Source of the DNA: an uncultured Gemmatimonadota bacterium
GTDB taxonomy: Bacteria; SM23-81; DAOVCL01
Assembly (NCBI GenBank): GCA_964626665.1
Contig: CAZVGK010000032.1
Location: 1 to 37,630 of the forward strand
Length of the DNA stretch: 37,630 nt
Direction: 5' to 3'
The notes under the pieces were generated by a model. That model did not search any database and was not told the origin of the DNA. It worked only from the letters and a program-made list of their open reading frames with translations. This document shows positions 36,443-37,630 of this stretch, piece after piece. The position numbers and the translations under genes were made by a program. How positions within the stretch are numbered: the first letter of the stretch is position 1; each line of letters begins with the position of its first letter.

Positions 36443-37444
36443 TCAATACGCCCTACTGTTCATCCTTTCTAACACCTTATGAGCTGTTTCTCGCACAAGT
36501 CTATCTTGATCTTTGAGCATTTTCTTGACAGCCGACTTTATCTCATTTACATCAAATCTTCTTCTGCCTGCTGGACGGGGATAATACTCAAGCAGAGAGA
36601 CCGCATTCAATCCATATAAAGCCTTTACTCGGACCTTACTGTCTTTACTTTTTAGATCCTCACGGAGGGTCAAGTAGACACGAGGCATCTCATCAAACTC
36701 ATCAAGATCCTTTGCCGCGCAAATCTGGATATCCGGATTCTCATCCCTTATGGCGATCTCGAGCAAAGGGATTATTTCTGGAACATTCCTATCCGTAAGA
36801 TAATAGAAACCCCACTGACAAGCCACCCGTCTGCGAATAGAATCGTTTTCACTGCTCAGAAATTCCTTTAAGAATGGAGTTGCCAGTTTATATTCGCCAA
36901 GCAGAAACAGACTAATTGCTGCAGCTATCCGCACAAGTGTATCCTCATCGCTTTTTAGTGCCCTTGCCAAGTAGGGTATTGCCCTTTTGTCGCCGATGGA
37001 GCCCAGAGCGTTAGCAGCCGCCTCTCGCACTTCACTATCTTCATCTTCTTCTAACACCTTGCAGAGCAACGGAGTTGCTCGATCGTCTTGAGCCTGAAAA
37101 AGTCTTAATATTATCTCCTTACGAGCATCACTGGATTCCTCCCTTTCCAAACTCTTCATATATTCAAGAACATGTGGGGCTTCTCTTTTTTTGAGCCTCT
37201 CCAGGATTTCCTTGTATGCTTTTCTACCTCTACCTACAGTCATACTTTTCGTCTGCCCAAGACTGTCGTCGTTTACCCCTTGCTCCTTTGGTGTATGGGG
37301 TTTAGACACAACTGCCGTAGACTTTGTTTGGTCTGCTGCTTGGACATAACTAGGCTTATTCAAGATGAGAACTCCGGTTCCCATTAGGAGAAACAGAACT
37401 CCTAATGAAACCAAAGCCGATCCTATCCTCTGATACATTTTCAT
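36443..37444 (-). CDS. Exported or membrane-anchored HEAT-repeat protein
   Basis: N-terminal hydrophobic segment; repeats such as DEDSEVREAAANALGSIGDKRAIPYL; AT-richer sequence; start uncertain (37444 or 37501). Confidence 0.8.
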   Translation of the reverse strand: MKMYQRIGSALVSLGVLFLLMGTGVLILNKPSYVQAADQTKSTAVVSKPHTPKEQGVNDDSLGQTKSMTVGRGRKAYKEILERLKKREAPHVLEYMKSLEREESSDARKEIILRLFQAQDDRATPLLCKVLEEDEDSEVREAAANALGSIGDKRAIPYLARALKSDEDTLVRIAAAISLFLLGEYKLATPFLKEFLSSENDSIRRRVACQWGFYYLTDRNVPEIIPLLEIAIRDENPDIQICAAKDLDEFDEMPRVYLTLREDLKSKDSKVRVKALYGLNAVSLLEYYPRPAGRRRFDVNEIKSAVKKMLKDQDRLVRETAHKVLERMNSRAY

Positions 37445-37630
37445 CTTCTTATCCTTTCTTAAAAAGCTAACAAAATTGGGAACATTTCCCCTGTTTTTCA
37501 ATCTGGGATAAAAAATACCTTCAGCCCGATATCATAGTACCCATCAATCAGATTGAGGGTAGAGAAGTCTGGATGTCATTAGTATCGGCTATTACCAGAA
37601 TGAAGGGAATTAAGTGATACCTAGTTGAGT

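Noticed and set aside
2185-37387. Numerous antisense or alternate-frame ORFs within confident genes (e.g. 6071-6910, 28975-29811, 33592-34137)
   Set aside because: Shadow ORFs of well-supported genes, with no independent evidence.

Overview
Chromosomal window from a diderm bacterium. The PorV-family gene, T9SS-type C-terminal domains and large TonB-dependent receptor suggest an FCB-group or candidate-phylum lineage (inference). Housekeeping content: nadE; thiC-panD-lipA-map; a DUF4416-like gene; mfd followed by three parvulin-type PPIases (PrsA-like, PpiC-like, SurA); an S4-domain gene; selA-selB; a broken fpg/mutM; PBP1A; and, on the minus strand, pdp, a YgjP/M48-like gene and a HEAT-repeat gene. 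The best novel-system candidate is a self-contained three-gene operon (TonB-dependent receptor, 1021-aa secreted protein with a T9SS-like CTD, cognate PorV-family barrel). It has its own near-consensus promoter, a ~360-nt leader and a terminator. Accessory material: (i) an RHH-VapC module with a frameshifted toxin between ~75-bp direct repeats; (ii) a ~4.3-kb AT-richer island (SAM methyltransferase, hicA remnant plus hicB, ThaI-like REase plus N4/N6 MTase) inside the mfd-PPIase-surA cluster, bordered by two ~175-bp MITE-like units; (iii) many REP-like hairpin and 8-9-mer repeat families reused across intergenic regions. All family calls come from motif recognition by eye; no database searches were run.
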